The notes beneath the pieces were generated by a model. That model was given only the letters and a program-made list of their open reading frames with translations, did no database searches and was not told the origin of the DNA. A stretch of DNA of 64,000 bases from Longimicrobiales bacterium (lineage in GTDB: Bacteria; Gemmatimonadota; Gemmatimonadetes; Longimicrobiales; Gaopeijiaceae). Location of the stretch: contig OZ241869.1 of NCBI GenBank assembly GCA_965202805.1, forward strand, positions 2,112,001 to 2,176,000, in the 5' to 3' direction. Position 1 is the first letter of the stretch; the number at the start of each line of letters is the position of its first letter. Positions 1-12,141 of this stretch are shown here, piece after piece. The position numbers and the translations under genes are program-made.

Positions 1-2534
<2,534 letters not shown>

Positions 2535-2621
2535 CTTCGGGAAGGCCTCCGGAGCGCGGACGGAAGCCGCTGCCCGCTCCCCGGGGGAGACCCGTGTCCG
2601 GAACTGCGGAGAGTGCCTGCG

Positions 2622-3449
2622 CTACTCGCGCCCCATGTCCTCCGGCTTGGAGTGAACCGCGAAGGCCGCTCCCTGCGCATCCATGCACTGGGCTATGAAC
2701 TCGCCTCCCGGCACCTCCATGGGTCCGTTGAGCACCGTCCCGCCCAGTTCAGTGACCTTCTTCGCGGCGGCGAAGGCATCCGGCACCCGGACGTAGTTCA
2801 GCCACGCGGATACGGGCATCTCGGGAGGCCGGTTGTAGAAGCCCCCCAGCGGATGCGCGCCGCGATGGAACATCTGGTAGATGCCCGCCTCCCCCATGTC
2901 CATCCGGTCCGCTTCCTGCCAGCCGAACAGCTCCGAATAGAATGCCCAGGCCGCCTCCCAGTCGGTGGTCGCCAGCTCGCGCCAGGAGAACTCGCCCGGT
3001 TCTGCCGGTTCGTCGTGCCCCGGCGTCACGTCGGTGGGCTGATACGCGATGAAGACCGCGTCCAGCGGATCCTTGAGCACGGCCATGCGCCCGACCTGGT
3101 CGACATCGACCATCTCCAGGATGCTTCCGCCCAGGCTCTCGGCCTTCGCGGCGCACGCGTCGGCGTCCGGCGTCGACACGTAGAGCAGCCAGTGCGGCGG
3201 CACGCCCGCGCCCGTGAGATGCTCGGGGAGTGCCATGAGCCCGCCGACCGGCACGCCCTGGTTCATCCACAGATGGTACGGGGTCTCGGTCTCGCCTTCT
3301 CCCCACTCGCCCATGCCCCAGCCGATCACTTCACCGTAGAAGACGGCCGCGGCCTCGGGGTCGCTGGTGAGCAGTTCGTGCCAGCAGAATCGACCGGTGG
3401 GGGTGGTCGCCGTGCTCTCGGCGGGTGGTGCAGTTGTGGTGTCGGACAT
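2622..3449 (-). CDS. Two-domain VOC/glyoxalase-bleomycin resistance family protein
   Basis: Two repeats, GRFCWHELLTSDPEAAAVFY and GEFSWRELATTDWEAAWAFY, each followed by WLxY and a D(P/A)xxA(V/A)F end motif. Confidence 0.9.
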   Translation of the reverse strand: MSDTTTAPPAESTATTPTGRFCWHELLTSDPEAAAVFYGEVIGWGMGEWGEGETETPYHLWMNQGVPVGGLMALPEHLTGAGVPPHWLLYVSTPDADACAAKAESLGGSILEMVDVDQVGRMAVLKDPLDAVFIAYQPTDVTPGHDEPAEPGEFSWRELATTDWEAAWAFYSELFGWQEADRMDMGEAGIYQMFHRGAHPLGGFYNRPPEMPVSAWLNYVRVPDAFAAAKKVTELGGTVLNGPMEVPGGEFIAQCMDAQGAAFAVHSKPEDMGRE

Positions 3450-3526
3450 GACGGGATTCCTCTCGGGATGTCGGGGTGGATGTCAGGATCGGGAAGCCGG
3501 TTCTCGCGCGGCTCGCACGTTGACTC

Positions 3527-3546
3527 GATTGTCGGGCTCAACAATC
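3527..3546. promoter_or_regulatory. Inverted repeat GATTGT-N8-ACAATC in the divergent VOC/peroxiredoxin promoter; candidate operator
   Basis: Perfect 6-bp inverted repeat in a locally AT-rich patch, next to a TTGACT -35-like hexamer (3520-3525). Confidence 0.4.
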
Positions 3547-3695
3547 TTGCCTCGATCCTACGTCGATTCAACGGGCGCGTTTCGCGACCCGCAAGACGCC
3601 AGCCACAGCCCGCACAACGTCGGCCGCAACACGAGACGACGCAGGCCGCGACCCGATACGCCGCCACGCGGCTCAACACGAAAGGTGACCATCCC

Positions 3696-4169
3696 ATGAC
3701 AGCCATCCGCGTGGGCGCCGATGCGCCCGACTTCACCGTGTTCGCTCCTCCCGGCGAGGCGAACTTCACGCTTTCCGAGCACCGGGGCCGGCCCGTCGTG
3801 CTCATGTTCGTGCCGCTGGCCTTCACCAGCACCTGCACGGCCGAGTTCTGCCACGTCGCCGAGCACTGGGGCCAGTGGGGCGAGCTCGGCGCCGACGTCG
3901 TCGGCATCAGCGTGGATTCCCCCTTCGTCAACCAGAAGTGGGGCGAGGAGATGGGGGCGCCCTTCCCCATCCTCTCGGACTTCAACAAGGAAGCCGTGGC
4001 CGCATACGGGGTCCTGCAGGGCGAACTCATCGGGTTGCGCGGCGTAGCCCGGCGCTCGGTCTTCGTCGTCGACGGGGACGGACGCGTCACCTACGCGTGG
4101 GTTGCGGAGAATCCGGGGGTGCTGCCGCACTTTGACGAGATCGTGGAGGCCGTGCAGGCGGTCGCGTGA
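3696..4169 (+). CDS. Peroxiredoxin (AhpC/TSA, AhpE-like)
   Basis: VGADAPDF, peroxidatic motif FVPLAFTSTCTAEFC, GISVDS, ILSDFN, RSVFVVD. ATG 3696 follows AAAGGT. Confidence 0.92.
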   Translation: MTAIRVGADAPDFTVFAPPGEANFTLSEHRGRPVVLMFVPLAFTSTCTAEFCHVAEHWGQWGELGADVVGISVDSPFVNQKWGEEMGAPFPILSDFNKEAVAAYGVLQGELIGLRGVARRSVFVVDGDGRVTYAWVAENPGVLPHFDEIVEAVQAVA

Positions 4170-4366
4170 TGGCCGGGCACCGGTCGGGAGGCGATGCTCC
4201 CGGCCACCACATCCATGCGTGTCGCGGGCGCGGTCGGCTCTGACGTATTTTCAGCGGTAAGGCCACCCCGGTTGTCCATGCGGGAGAGGGCCCGCGCCTC
4301 ATCCCGCAGGCGTCTGGCCGCGAAGCAGGCAATGTCCGCAACACAAGCGATGTCCAGGAGAGGAAG

Positions 4367-5329
4367 ATGACGCTCACACGACGCGACTGGCTCAGGCTCA
4401 CGGCGGGCGGCGGTGCCGCGCTCGCACTCACCCCCGACCTGCTGGCGTCGCTGGCGCGCCAGGAAGTCATGGCCCGGGCCATTCCGGGCACCGACGAGAT
4501 GCTCCCGGTGGTGGGGCTCGGAAGTTCGGCCACCTTCTCGCGCGTGGCGCGCAGCGAGGACGTGAGCGCGATCGGCGCCGTGCTGCAGACCTTCGTGGAC
4601 AACGGCGGGACGGTGTTCGACACCGCGCCCAGCTACGGGGCCTCCGAGCAGGTGGCCGGCGACGTCGCCAACGAACTCGGCATCCAGGAACGGATTTTCT
4701 GGGCCACCAAGGTCAACGTGGCCGGACGCGGGGGCGGATCGGCCGATCCGGCGGCGGCGCGCGCGCAGATCGAGCGCTCCTTCGACCGCTTCCAGCTGCC
4801 GGTCATCGACCTGATCCAGGTGCACAACCTGGGCGACCCGCCCACCCAGCTCGGCATCCTCGCGGAGGAGAAGGCCGCGGGCCGGGTGCGCTACATCGGC
4901 ATCACCAGCACCAGCGAGCGGCGCTATCCGGACCTCGCGGCGGTCATGCGCAACGAGCCCATCGACTTCATCGGCGTGGACTACGCGGTGGACAACCGCG
5001 CCTCGGCCGACATGATCCTGCCGCTCGCGCAGGAGCGCAACATCGGCGTGCTGGTCTACGCCCCCTTCGGCCGCACACGCCTCTGGAACCGGGTGAGCGG
5101 GCGCGACGTGCCCGTGTGGGCCGGTGAGTTCGACGCGCACAGCTGGGCCCAGTTCTTCCTCAAGTTCGTGGTGGCGCACCCGGCGGTGACCTGCGTCACC
5201 CCCGCCACCAGCCGCCCCGAGCACATGATCGACAACCTGGGCGGCGGCATGGGCGGGCTCCCGGACGAGAGCCAGCTCGAGCGCATGGTCCAGCTGGTGG
5301 AGGATCTGCCGCCGGCCCGACGCGGGTAG
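4367..5329 (+). CDS. Aldo/keto reductase with Tat signal peptide
   Basis: TRRDWL twin-arginine motif, FDTAPSYG (D/Y), ATKV (K), IDLIQVHN (H), RYIGIT. AGGAG RBS. Confidence 0.9.
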   Translation: MTLTRRDWLRLTAGGGAALALTPDLLASLARQEVMARAIPGTDEMLPVVGLGSSATFSRVARSEDVSAIGAVLQTFVDNGGTVFDTAPSYGASEQVAGDVANELGIQERIFWATKVNVAGRGGGSADPAAARAQIERSFDRFQLPVIDLIQVHNLGDPPTQLGILAEEKAAGRVRYIGITSTSERRYPDLAAVMRNEPIDFIGVDYAVDNRASADMILPLAQERNIGVLVYAPFGRTRLWNRVSGRDVPVWAGEFDAHSWAQFFLKFVVAHPAVTCVTPATSRPEHMIDNLGGGMGGLPDESQLERMVQLVEDLPPARRG

Positions 5330-5353
5330 ACAAGCGGGAATCCTCCGAAGGCC

Positions 5354-5408
5354 GCTTCGGGGCCCGCGGTTGGCCGGCGTGAAAGCGTCCGGCGTCCGGC
5401 CCCGAAGC
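5354..5408. terminator. Stem-loop between convergent genes (possible bidirectional terminator)
   Basis: GCTTCGGGGCC (5354-5364) pairs with GGCCCCGAAGC (5398-5408), with an inner GCCGG/CCGGC stem. No U-tract. Confidence 0.45.
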
Positions 5409-7822
5409 TACCCCTCCGGCCTCACGATCTCGTACTGGTGCGGTGGCTCCGCCCCCAGCAGGTGGCGCACGAAGTAGTCCCAGCGGCGGCGGATGAAGTA
5501 GGGCTCGTTGAGGCCGTGGGCGCGGTCCGGAGCCCAGATCAGGTCGAAATCGCGGTTGGCCTTGATCAGCTCGTCGATCACCTGGACGGTCATCGCGGGG
5601 TGTACGTTGTCGTCCATGTCCCCGTGCATCAGCAGCAGCTTGCCCTCCAGGTTCGCGGCGTAGGTCTTGTTGGCCGAGGCCTCGAAGTTGTCCGTGCCGA
5701 TGGAGTCCTCCTCCATGACGCCCTGGTATTTCTCGGCCCAGTAGATGTTGTAGCTGCGGTTGTCGTGATTGCCGGCCCCTGAAACGGCGACCTTGAAGAA
5801 CTCGGGGAAGCGCAGGATGGCATCCGTGGAGGCGAACCCGCCGCCGGAGTGTCCGTAGATGCCCACCCGGTCCAGATCGATGAAGGGATGGCGGGCGGCG
5901 AGCTGCCGGATGACGGCGATGTGATCGGGGATGCCGTTGTCGATGAAGTTCCCGTAGTAGTTGTCGTGGAAGGCCTTGGAGCGATGCGGCGTCCCCAGGT
6001 GGTCGATCTGCACGACCACGAAGCCGAGCTGCGCCAGGGCGAAGTTCTCGCCGCCGCCCTTGAACTCCCAGTCCCCGACGCTTCCCCGCTGGGGCCCGGG
6101 ATAGATGTGCGAGATGATGGGGTACTTCGCGCTCTCGTCCAGATCCGGCGGGAGATAGAGGATGCCGTAGAGATCGGTGATCCCGTCGCGCGCCTTGGCC
6201 GTGAACACTTCCCCGGGGATGAAGCCGATCTCCTCGATCGCCGAGATGTCCGCGTGCTCCAGCTCGCGCACGACGCGCCCGTCGGCCGCGGTCCGCAGGA
6301 CGGTGACCGGTTCCCCCTCCACGCGCGAGTACGTGTCCACGAAGTAGCTGCCGCCGGGCGAGAACTCGATGACGTGGTTCGCGTCCTCGGGGGTGAGCAG
6401 CGTCAGCCCGGAGCCGTCGAAGCCGACGCGGTACAGGTGCGCGTAGTACGGGTTGCGCCCAGGCTCGCGGCCGCGCGCGGTAAAGAAGATGCGCTGGCGC
6501 GTCTCGTCGATGAAGACGGCCTGTCCGACCGTCCACGGGCCGGAGGTTATGCGGTTCTTCAGGTTGCCCTGGCCGTCGAAACGGTACAGGTGCGCCCAGC
6601 CGTCGCGCTCGGACCACCAGATCACGTCGTCGCCGCTCTCGGAGACGTACCAGGACGGGGTGCCGCCGCTGGATCCCCCGCCCCGGTGCCCGAGCGACAC
6701 GAAGGTGCGGGTGGAGTCGCCCAGGATGACCCGTGAGGCGCCGGTCGCGGCATCGATCTCGGCCAGGTACACGCGCTGTGAGCCGCGCGTGAAATAGTTG
6801 ACGTGCAGGCGGGTGCCGTCGGCGCTCCAGGCCGAGTCGGGGGCGGAGCCGGCGAAGGACAGCTGATGCGGGACAGGCGCCACCTCGACCCGGCGGTTGG
6901 CGGCCGCGCGCAAGGCGGTGACGGTCTCCGCGCCGACCCCGTTACCATCCTCCCCAACCCCGCTGCCGGCGGCCATCTCGCCCTCCTCCAGCTCCACGAC
7001 GTGCACGGTGGGCAGCGGGATCACCGAGTCGCCCGGCAGCGCGTACGGCTGGGAGAAGTGCCGCGGGCGCTGCGACGTATACGAGATGTAGTGCATGTGC
7101 TCCACCTCGCGCTCGTCCCGGCGCGCCACCGCGATGTAGCGCGAGTCCGGCGACCAGGCCAGCGTGGGCGTGCGCGGCCCCGGCCCCTCCCGCAGCTGGT
7201 TGGGGCGCGGCTCGTTGTACCCGTAGGCGTAGTACTTCTCGCCGTCGGCGGTCAGCTGGATCGAGTCGCCGCCCCCCGCCGGGCGCACGAACAGGTTGTA
7301 CTCGTGCGAGAAGGCCTCCCAGCGCCCGTCGGGGGACTCCACGAAGGGCAGCCGCGAAGGGAGCGTGTCCCCCACCGCGCAGGAGTAGCCCGCGATGTCG
7401 CAGGTGAAGCGCCTGCTGTTCGCCGTGAACTCGATTTCGCTCTCGCTGGCGCCGAAGCGGAAACTGCTGAAGGGCAGCTTGTCCGGGACGTAGCTGGTGT
7501 CGCCCGCGAGCGACATCGCCCCCGCCAGGCGGTAATGGTCGAAGAGCGGTTCGCGGCTGCCCCCGGCCGGGTTCACCATTACGAACTCGTACCCCGACCC
7601 CGTGTTGTTGCGGTACCAGAAGCGGGCGGTGTCCCCGGTCTCCATCCAGTTCGGGACCACTTCGGCCCCCGCGATCATGCGCTCGGTGTTCCAGGTCAGG
7701 AAGCGCTCGGCGCGGGAGTAGTCCACCTCCTGCGCCGTGGCCGCCCCGCCGCCGGCAAGAGCTGCGAGCAGAGCCGCCGGAGCGAACAGGCGAGCGATGG
7801 CAGGATGGACGGGGTATCGCAT
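5408..7822 (-). CDS. S9B dipeptidyl-peptidase IV-like serine peptidase, secreted
   Basis: Signal peptide, DPPIV_N propeller, IYPGPQ, catalytic GHSGGG, HGDMDDNVH and DRAHG. Start ATG 7822 (alternative 7840). Confidence 0.92.
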   Translation of the reverse strand: MRYPVHPAIARLFAPAALLAALAGGGAATAQEVDYSRAERFLTWNTERMIAGAEVVPNWMETGDTARFWYRNNTGSGYEFVMVNPAGGSREPLFDHYRLAGAMSLAGDTSYVPDKLPFSSFRFGASESEIEFTANSRRFTCDIAGYSCAVGDTLPSRLPFVESPDGRWEAFSHEYNLFVRPAGGGDSIQLTADGEKYYAYGYNEPRPNQLREGPGPRTPTLAWSPDSRYIAVARRDEREVEHMHYISYTSQRPRHFSQPYALPGDSVIPLPTVHVVELEEGEMAAGSGVGEDGNGVGAETVTALRAAANRRVEVAPVPHQLSFAGSAPDSAWSADGTRLHVNYFTRGSQRVYLAEIDAATGASRVILGDSTRTFVSLGHRGGGSSGGTPSWYVSESGDDVIWWSERDGWAHLYRFDGQGNLKNRITSGPWTVGQAVFIDETRQRIFFTARGREPGRNPYYAHLYRVGFDGSGLTLLTPEDANHVIEFSPGGSYFVDTYSRVEGEPVTVLRTAADGRVVRELEHADISAIEEIGFIPGEVFTAKARDGITDLYGILYLPPDLDESAKYPIISHIYPGPQRGSVGDWEFKGGGENFALAQLGFVVVQIDHLGTPHRSKAFHDNYYGNFIDNGIPDHIAVIRQLAARHPFIDLDRVGIYGHSGGGFASTDAILRFPEFFKVAVSGAGNHDNRSYNIYWAEKYQGVMEEDSIGTDNFEASANKTYAANLEGKLLLMHGDMDDNVHPAMTVQVIDELIKANRDFDLIWAPDRAHGLNEPYFIRRRWDYFVRHLLGAEPPHQYEIVRPEG

Positions 7823-8022
7823 GAGTGCCTCCCGGAGCATTCAGGGGTCGCGCGGGCGTCGGGCGTTTGCGGAATCCGCCGAGGGCGGGGATTATCCGTG
7901 CTAGCCAATCTGCCGAGAGGGACGAATGCCGGGCAATCGCCCAGTGCCCTCCCGGCGGGAACCGCGCGGCCCCGCATCGCATCCTTGAACACGCGTTTCC
8001 GACTCGAGCCCCGAGACCACAC

Positions 8023-9429
8023 ATGAGCGAGATCAGCTTTACCGCCCAGGTCGACCGCCACTTCCACAAGGCGGCCGCGTACACGAACCACCCCCCGGGC
8101 CTCCTCGAGCAGATCCGGGCGTGCAACAGCGTCTACGCGTTCACATTCCCGATCCGGAAGGACAACGGCACCATCGAGGTCATCCACGCCTGGAGAGCGG
8201 AACACAGCATGCACAAGACCCCCACCAAGGGGGGGATTCGCTACGCCTCGCACGCCAACCAGGACGAAGTGGTGGCGCTCGCCACCCTCATGACCTACAA
8301 GTGCGCCCTGGTCGAAGTCCCCTACGGCGGCGCCAAGGGCGCGGTCTGCATCGACCGGCGCGAGTATTCGGACGCCGAACTCGAGCGCATCACCCGGCGC
8401 TACACCTTCGAGCTGGTGGCCAAGAACTTCATCGGCCCCGGCCTCGACGTTCCCGCCCCCGACTACGGCACCGGTGCCCGCGAGATGGCGTGGATCGTCG
8501 ACACCTACGAGCAGATCGCCCCGTCCAAGCTCAACGCCGCCGCGTGCGTGACCGGGAAGCCGATCGCGCAGGGCGGCATCAGGGGGCGGACTACCGCCAC
8601 CGGGCTGGGCGTCTTCTTCGGCATCCGGGAGACCTGCCTGGACGCGGGATTCATGAAGGACCTGGGCCTGCAGCGGGGCGTGGGCGGCAAGCGCATCGTC
8701 ATCCAGGGCCTCGGCAACGTGGGCTACCACGCCGCCTGCTTCCTGCACGACGCGGGCGCCGTCATCGCGGGCATCGCCGAATACAACGGCGGCATCTGGT
8801 CCGAAGACGGGATCGATCCGCGCGCAGCCCGGAAGCACTTTCGCGAGCACGGCTCGCTGCTCGGCTTCCCGGGCGCCTCCGACGTGACCAGCAGCCTGGA
8901 GCTGCTGGAGGCCGACTGCGACATCCTCGTGCCCGCCGCCATCGAGAACGTGATCACCGAGGAAAACGCGGGACGAATCCGGGCCTCGATGATCGCGGAG
9001 GCGGCCAACGGACCCACCACCGCCGGCGCGGCGGAAATGCTCCTGGAGCGGGGCGTGCTGATCCTCCCGGACATGTATCTGAACGCGGGAGGGGTCACGG
9101 TCTCGTACTTCGAGTGGCTGAAGAACCTCTCCCACGTGCGCATGGGCAGGATGGAGAAGCGATTCGAGGAGGCGAGCAACCGCCGGCTGCTGGCTGCGAT
9201 GGAGGCAGTGACGGGGTACCAGCTTTCCGAGGCGGTGCTCGGCATGGCGGCCAAGGGCGCCAGCGAGGAGGACCTGGTCCGTTCCGGGCTCGAGGACACG
9301 ATGATCAATGCCCACCGCATCAGCTGCGAGGTGGCGCGACGTCACGGGGTCGACCTCCGGACCGCCGCCTACGTCCTGGCCATCGACAAGATCGCCGTTG
9401 CCTACGCGGAGCGGGGGATCTTCCCGTAG
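8023..9429 (+). CDS. gdhA: Glutamate dehydrogenase (Glu/Leu/Phe/Val dehydrogenase family)
   Basis: PTKGGIRY, MTYKCA, PYGGAKG, DVPAPD, VTGKP, QGLGNVG, EAANGP, NAGGVTVSYFEW. Confidence 0.93.
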   Translation: MSEISFTAQVDRHFHKAAAYTNHPPGLLEQIRACNSVYAFTFPIRKDNGTIEVIHAWRAEHSMHKTPTKGGIRYASHANQDEVVALATLMTYKCALVEVPYGGAKGAVCIDRREYSDAELERITRRYTFELVAKNFIGPGLDVPAPDYGTGAREMAWIVDTYEQIAPSKLNAAACVTGKPIAQGGIRGRTTATGLGVFFGIRETCLDAGFMKDLGLQRGVGGKRIVIQGLGNVGYHAACFLHDAGAVIAGIAEYNGGIWSEDGIDPRAARKHFREHGSLLGFPGASDVTSSLELLEADCDILVPAAIENVITEENAGRIRASMIAEAANGPTTAGAAEMLLERGVLILPDMYLNAGGVTVSYFEWLKNLSHVRMGRMEKRFEEASNRRLLAAMEAVTGYQLSEAVLGMAAKGASEEDLVRSGLEDTMINAHRISCEVARRHGVDLRTAAYVLAIDKIAVAYAERGIFP

Positions 9430-9441
9430 AAGGGACCCTCC

Positions 9442-11145
9442 CTACTTGAATACGCGCTCGAACTCGTCGCGCTGCGAGTTGGTGCCGACGAAGAGCACGT
9501 GCTCTCCCCTGCGGATGACGCGTCCCGGCCGCGGATGGGGATTGACCACCCCGTTGCTCTCCACCGCGATCACGGCGAGTCCGGTGCGCGCCAGGATCCC
9601 GCTCTCGCGCAGCTGCTTGCCGTCCAGCGAGCGGGGCACTTCCGCGTTGAAGACGTCGAGTCCCTCTCCGAAGATCATGGGTTCCCTGCCCCGCAGGGCG
9701 CCCACAACCGACTGGATCTTGATCTGCGAGTCGCTCACGGCGAAATCGGCGCCGGCGCGATGGATGGCCTCGACGTTGGAGGGATGGCTGACCCGGCTGA
9801 CGATGATCGTGTCCGGGTTGAGCTTCCGGCAGTAGACCGCCAGAAAGATGTTTGCGGCGTCATCGTTGGTGGTCAGCACCACGGAAGCCGCCTCCGAGAT
9901 CCCGAGCCGCGTCATGACGCGGCTGTCCGCCGCGTCCCCGATCACGATGTCGCTGGTCACCTCTTCGATGCTCTCGCGCAGCGTCGGGTCACGCTCCACG
10001 ATCCGAACCTCCGCCCCGCGCCCTGCCAGGGCGCGCGCCACCTCGCGTCCGACCCGTCCTCCGCCGATGACGAGCACGCGTCCCCCGCAGGTGATGCCCT
10101 CGCTCAGGTATTCGTTGAGCGCCTCCACCTCGGCCACGCTTCCCACCGCCAGCCCGATGCAGTCCTCCCGCAGCATCGTGTCGGGCAGCCCCGGCTCCAG
10201 GTGGCCCCTCTTGGCGAGGGCGGCCACGGTCACGCCCGTTTCCGCCCGCACCTGGGCGTCCTCCAGAGTCATCCCGGCAAGACGGGTATTGCGGATGGGA
10301 AACTCGGCGATCGCGATCTGCCTGTAACGACCGATGGTGAGCGCGCGCGCCGAACCGACCGACACCCGGCTGGCCAACTGCTTGCCGAGCCTGCGCGCGG
10401 TCAGCACGACCTGGTTGGCCCCGGCCAGTTCCAGCACCGCCTCCCCCTCCGGGTTCACCGCGGTGGCCACGATGGGCACCCGCTCCGAAACCTCGCGCGC
10501 CGTGAGCACGATGTTGGTGTTGACCTCGTCCGCCGCGTTGGCCAGCAGGAGGCTCGCGCGCCCGAACGCGCAGTTCTCGTAGGTGGCCCGCACGCCGAGG
10601 CTCCCGCGCACCACCGGCACCTTGTCGGCGTGCAGGGAGGCAGCCCGCAGCGGATCGGACTCGATCACCACGCTCTCGATTCCGGAGAGCGCCAGCCGTT
10701 CGATGAGCTCTTCGGCCACGTCGTCCCAGGTGCTGATGATGACGTGGCCGTCGAGCTCCGCGGGGACGCGTGTGCGCACCCTGGTCTTGAACTGGGCCTC
10801 CACCCAGGGCGCGTAGAAGCGGACGAAGGCCACCGGCAGGTAGATGAGCAGCATGCTGACCCCGGCCACCAGCACCACCATGCTGAATATGCGCCCGAGG
10901 TCCGACTGGAACACGATGTCGCCGAACCCCAGCGTACTCATGGTCGTGAGGGTCCAGTAGATGCCCGTGAACCAGTCGTGCTCCTGGCCCTCGCGCACCA
11001 TCAGCAAGTGGAAGATCGCCGAGGAGACGCCGATGAAGGTGACCAGCACAACCGCGAAGCCCAGCAGGTTCAGAGGCCTCAGCTCGGCGTTGCCGCGATG
11101 GCTGCCGCCGACCAGGTCGGCGATTGCGCCGATGGTTCCCTTCAT
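9442..11145 (-). CDS. Potassium channel protein (2TM pore with two TrkA_N/TrkA_C RCK pairs)
   Basis: Pore motif YWTLTTMSTLGFGDI between two hydrophobic helices. VLVIGGGRVG Rossmann motif in the second RCK pair. Confidence 0.88.
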   Translation of the reverse strand: MKGTIGAIADLVGGSHRGNAELRPLNLLGFAVVLVTFIGVSSAIFHLLMVREGQEHDWFTGIYWTLTTMSTLGFGDIVFQSDLGRIFSMVVLVAGVSMLLIYLPVAFVRFYAPWVEAQFKTRVRTRVPAELDGHVIISTWDDVAEELIERLALSGIESVVIESDPLRAASLHADKVPVVRGSLGVRATYENCAFGRASLLLANAADEVNTNIVLTAREVSERVPIVATAVNPEGEAVLELAGANQVVLTARRLGKQLASRVSVGSARALTIGRYRQIAIAEFPIRNTRLAGMTLEDAQVRAETGVTVAALAKRGHLEPGLPDTMLREDCIGLAVGSVAEVEALNEYLSEGITCGGRVLVIGGGRVGREVARALAGRGAEVRIVERDPTLRESIEEVTSDIVIGDAADSRVMTRLGISEAASVVLTTNDDAANIFLAVYCRKLNPDTIIVSRVSHPSNVEAIHRAGADFAVSDSQIKIQSVVGALRGREPMIFGEGLDVFNAEVPRSLDGKQLRESGILARTGLAVIAVESNGVVNPHPRPGRVIRRGEHVLFVGTNSQRDEFERVFK

Positions 11146-11357
11146 CCGGGGAAATCCCTCATGGCGTGATGTTCTTCATCCCTGCGCGTCCCTCGAATGT
11201 AATGGCTCGACTGGCCCGCGCGGAAATGTCGGGGGAGCGGTCGGCGTCCGGGTCCGCCGCTCCGACGAAGCGCCGCCTTCTCCCCGTGCCATTGCGCGAG
11301 CACGGCTCTGCACGCTACGAGTTGCCCACCGCCATCTCCGGACGCAAGGGAGGACGG

Positions 11358-12035
11358 ATGCCGGTCCGCATGATGCTCGACCCGCTGCGCCGCACAGCCC
11401 GACACCTCCCCATGGTGGTGGGCGTCCTGGTTCTCGGTGCCACCGCTCTCGCCTCACAGGCGGCGGGGCAGGACGAGCCGGGTCCCGGCGAAGCCATACC
11501 CTTCTACATCGACGACGGCGCCGGCATCCCCGGATACCAGCCGTCGGATGACGATCTGGCCCGCGCGGCGTTCGACGCCTGGGCGCGCGAAAGCGGCGGC
11601 CGGCTGCGCTTCGCGGAAACCACCGCCCGGGACGCGCTCATCCACGTGGTCTGGATTGACCCCGCGAGCGGCGTGTATGGGGAGATGCGCACCGTGGTCG
11701 TCGACGGCCGGCCCAGGGCTCTTCTCTACGTGACGCCGAGCGTCGACCTCCAGGGACCCGCCATCGCACGCCTGGCCGCGGACGATCCGCTGCTGCGGGA
11801 CACGATCGTCTACCTGACGTGCGTCCACGAACTGGGCCACGCCATCGGACTGCCGCACACCGCCGACTTCGAGGACATCATGTACTCGTTCGCCTTCGGC
11901 GGCGACATCGTGCGCTACTTCATGCGCTACCGGGAACGGCTCGCCGACCGCACCGACATCGCGAACCACTCCGGGCTCTCGGCGGGCGACCGGGCGGTCC
12001 TGCACGGCCTGTACCCGCCACGGGAGCCGCGTTAG
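11358..12035 (+). CDS. Secreted matrixin (M10-like metzincin) metalloprotease
   Basis: HELGHAIGLPH (HExxHxxGxxH) followed by the Met-turn DIMY. N-terminal hydrophobic signal. GGAGG RBS before ATG 11358. Confidence 0.85.
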   Translation: MPVRMMLDPLRRTARHLPMVVGVLVLGATALASQAAGQDEPGPGEAIPFYIDDGAGIPGYQPSDDDLARAAFDAWARESGGRLRFAETTARDALIHVVWIDPASGVYGEMRTVVVDGRPRALLYVTPSVDLQGPAIARLAADDPLLRDTIVYLTCVHELGHAIGLPHTADFEDIMYSFAFGGDIVRYFMRYRERLADRTDIANHSGLSAGDRAVLHGLYPPREPR

Positions 12036-12141
12036 CGGCGGCGCGGGCTCAAGCCTGTCGCCTCGGCCGGACTCGTGCGGGGGCGGTTGGACGGGGACCG
12101 ACCCGGACCCTGCCTGGCCGGGCGGCGGTGTCGGACCCGGC

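Noticed and set aside
10918..10947. GFGD instead of GYGD in the K+ channel filter as a novelty
   Set aside because: GFG is an established K+-selective filter variant.
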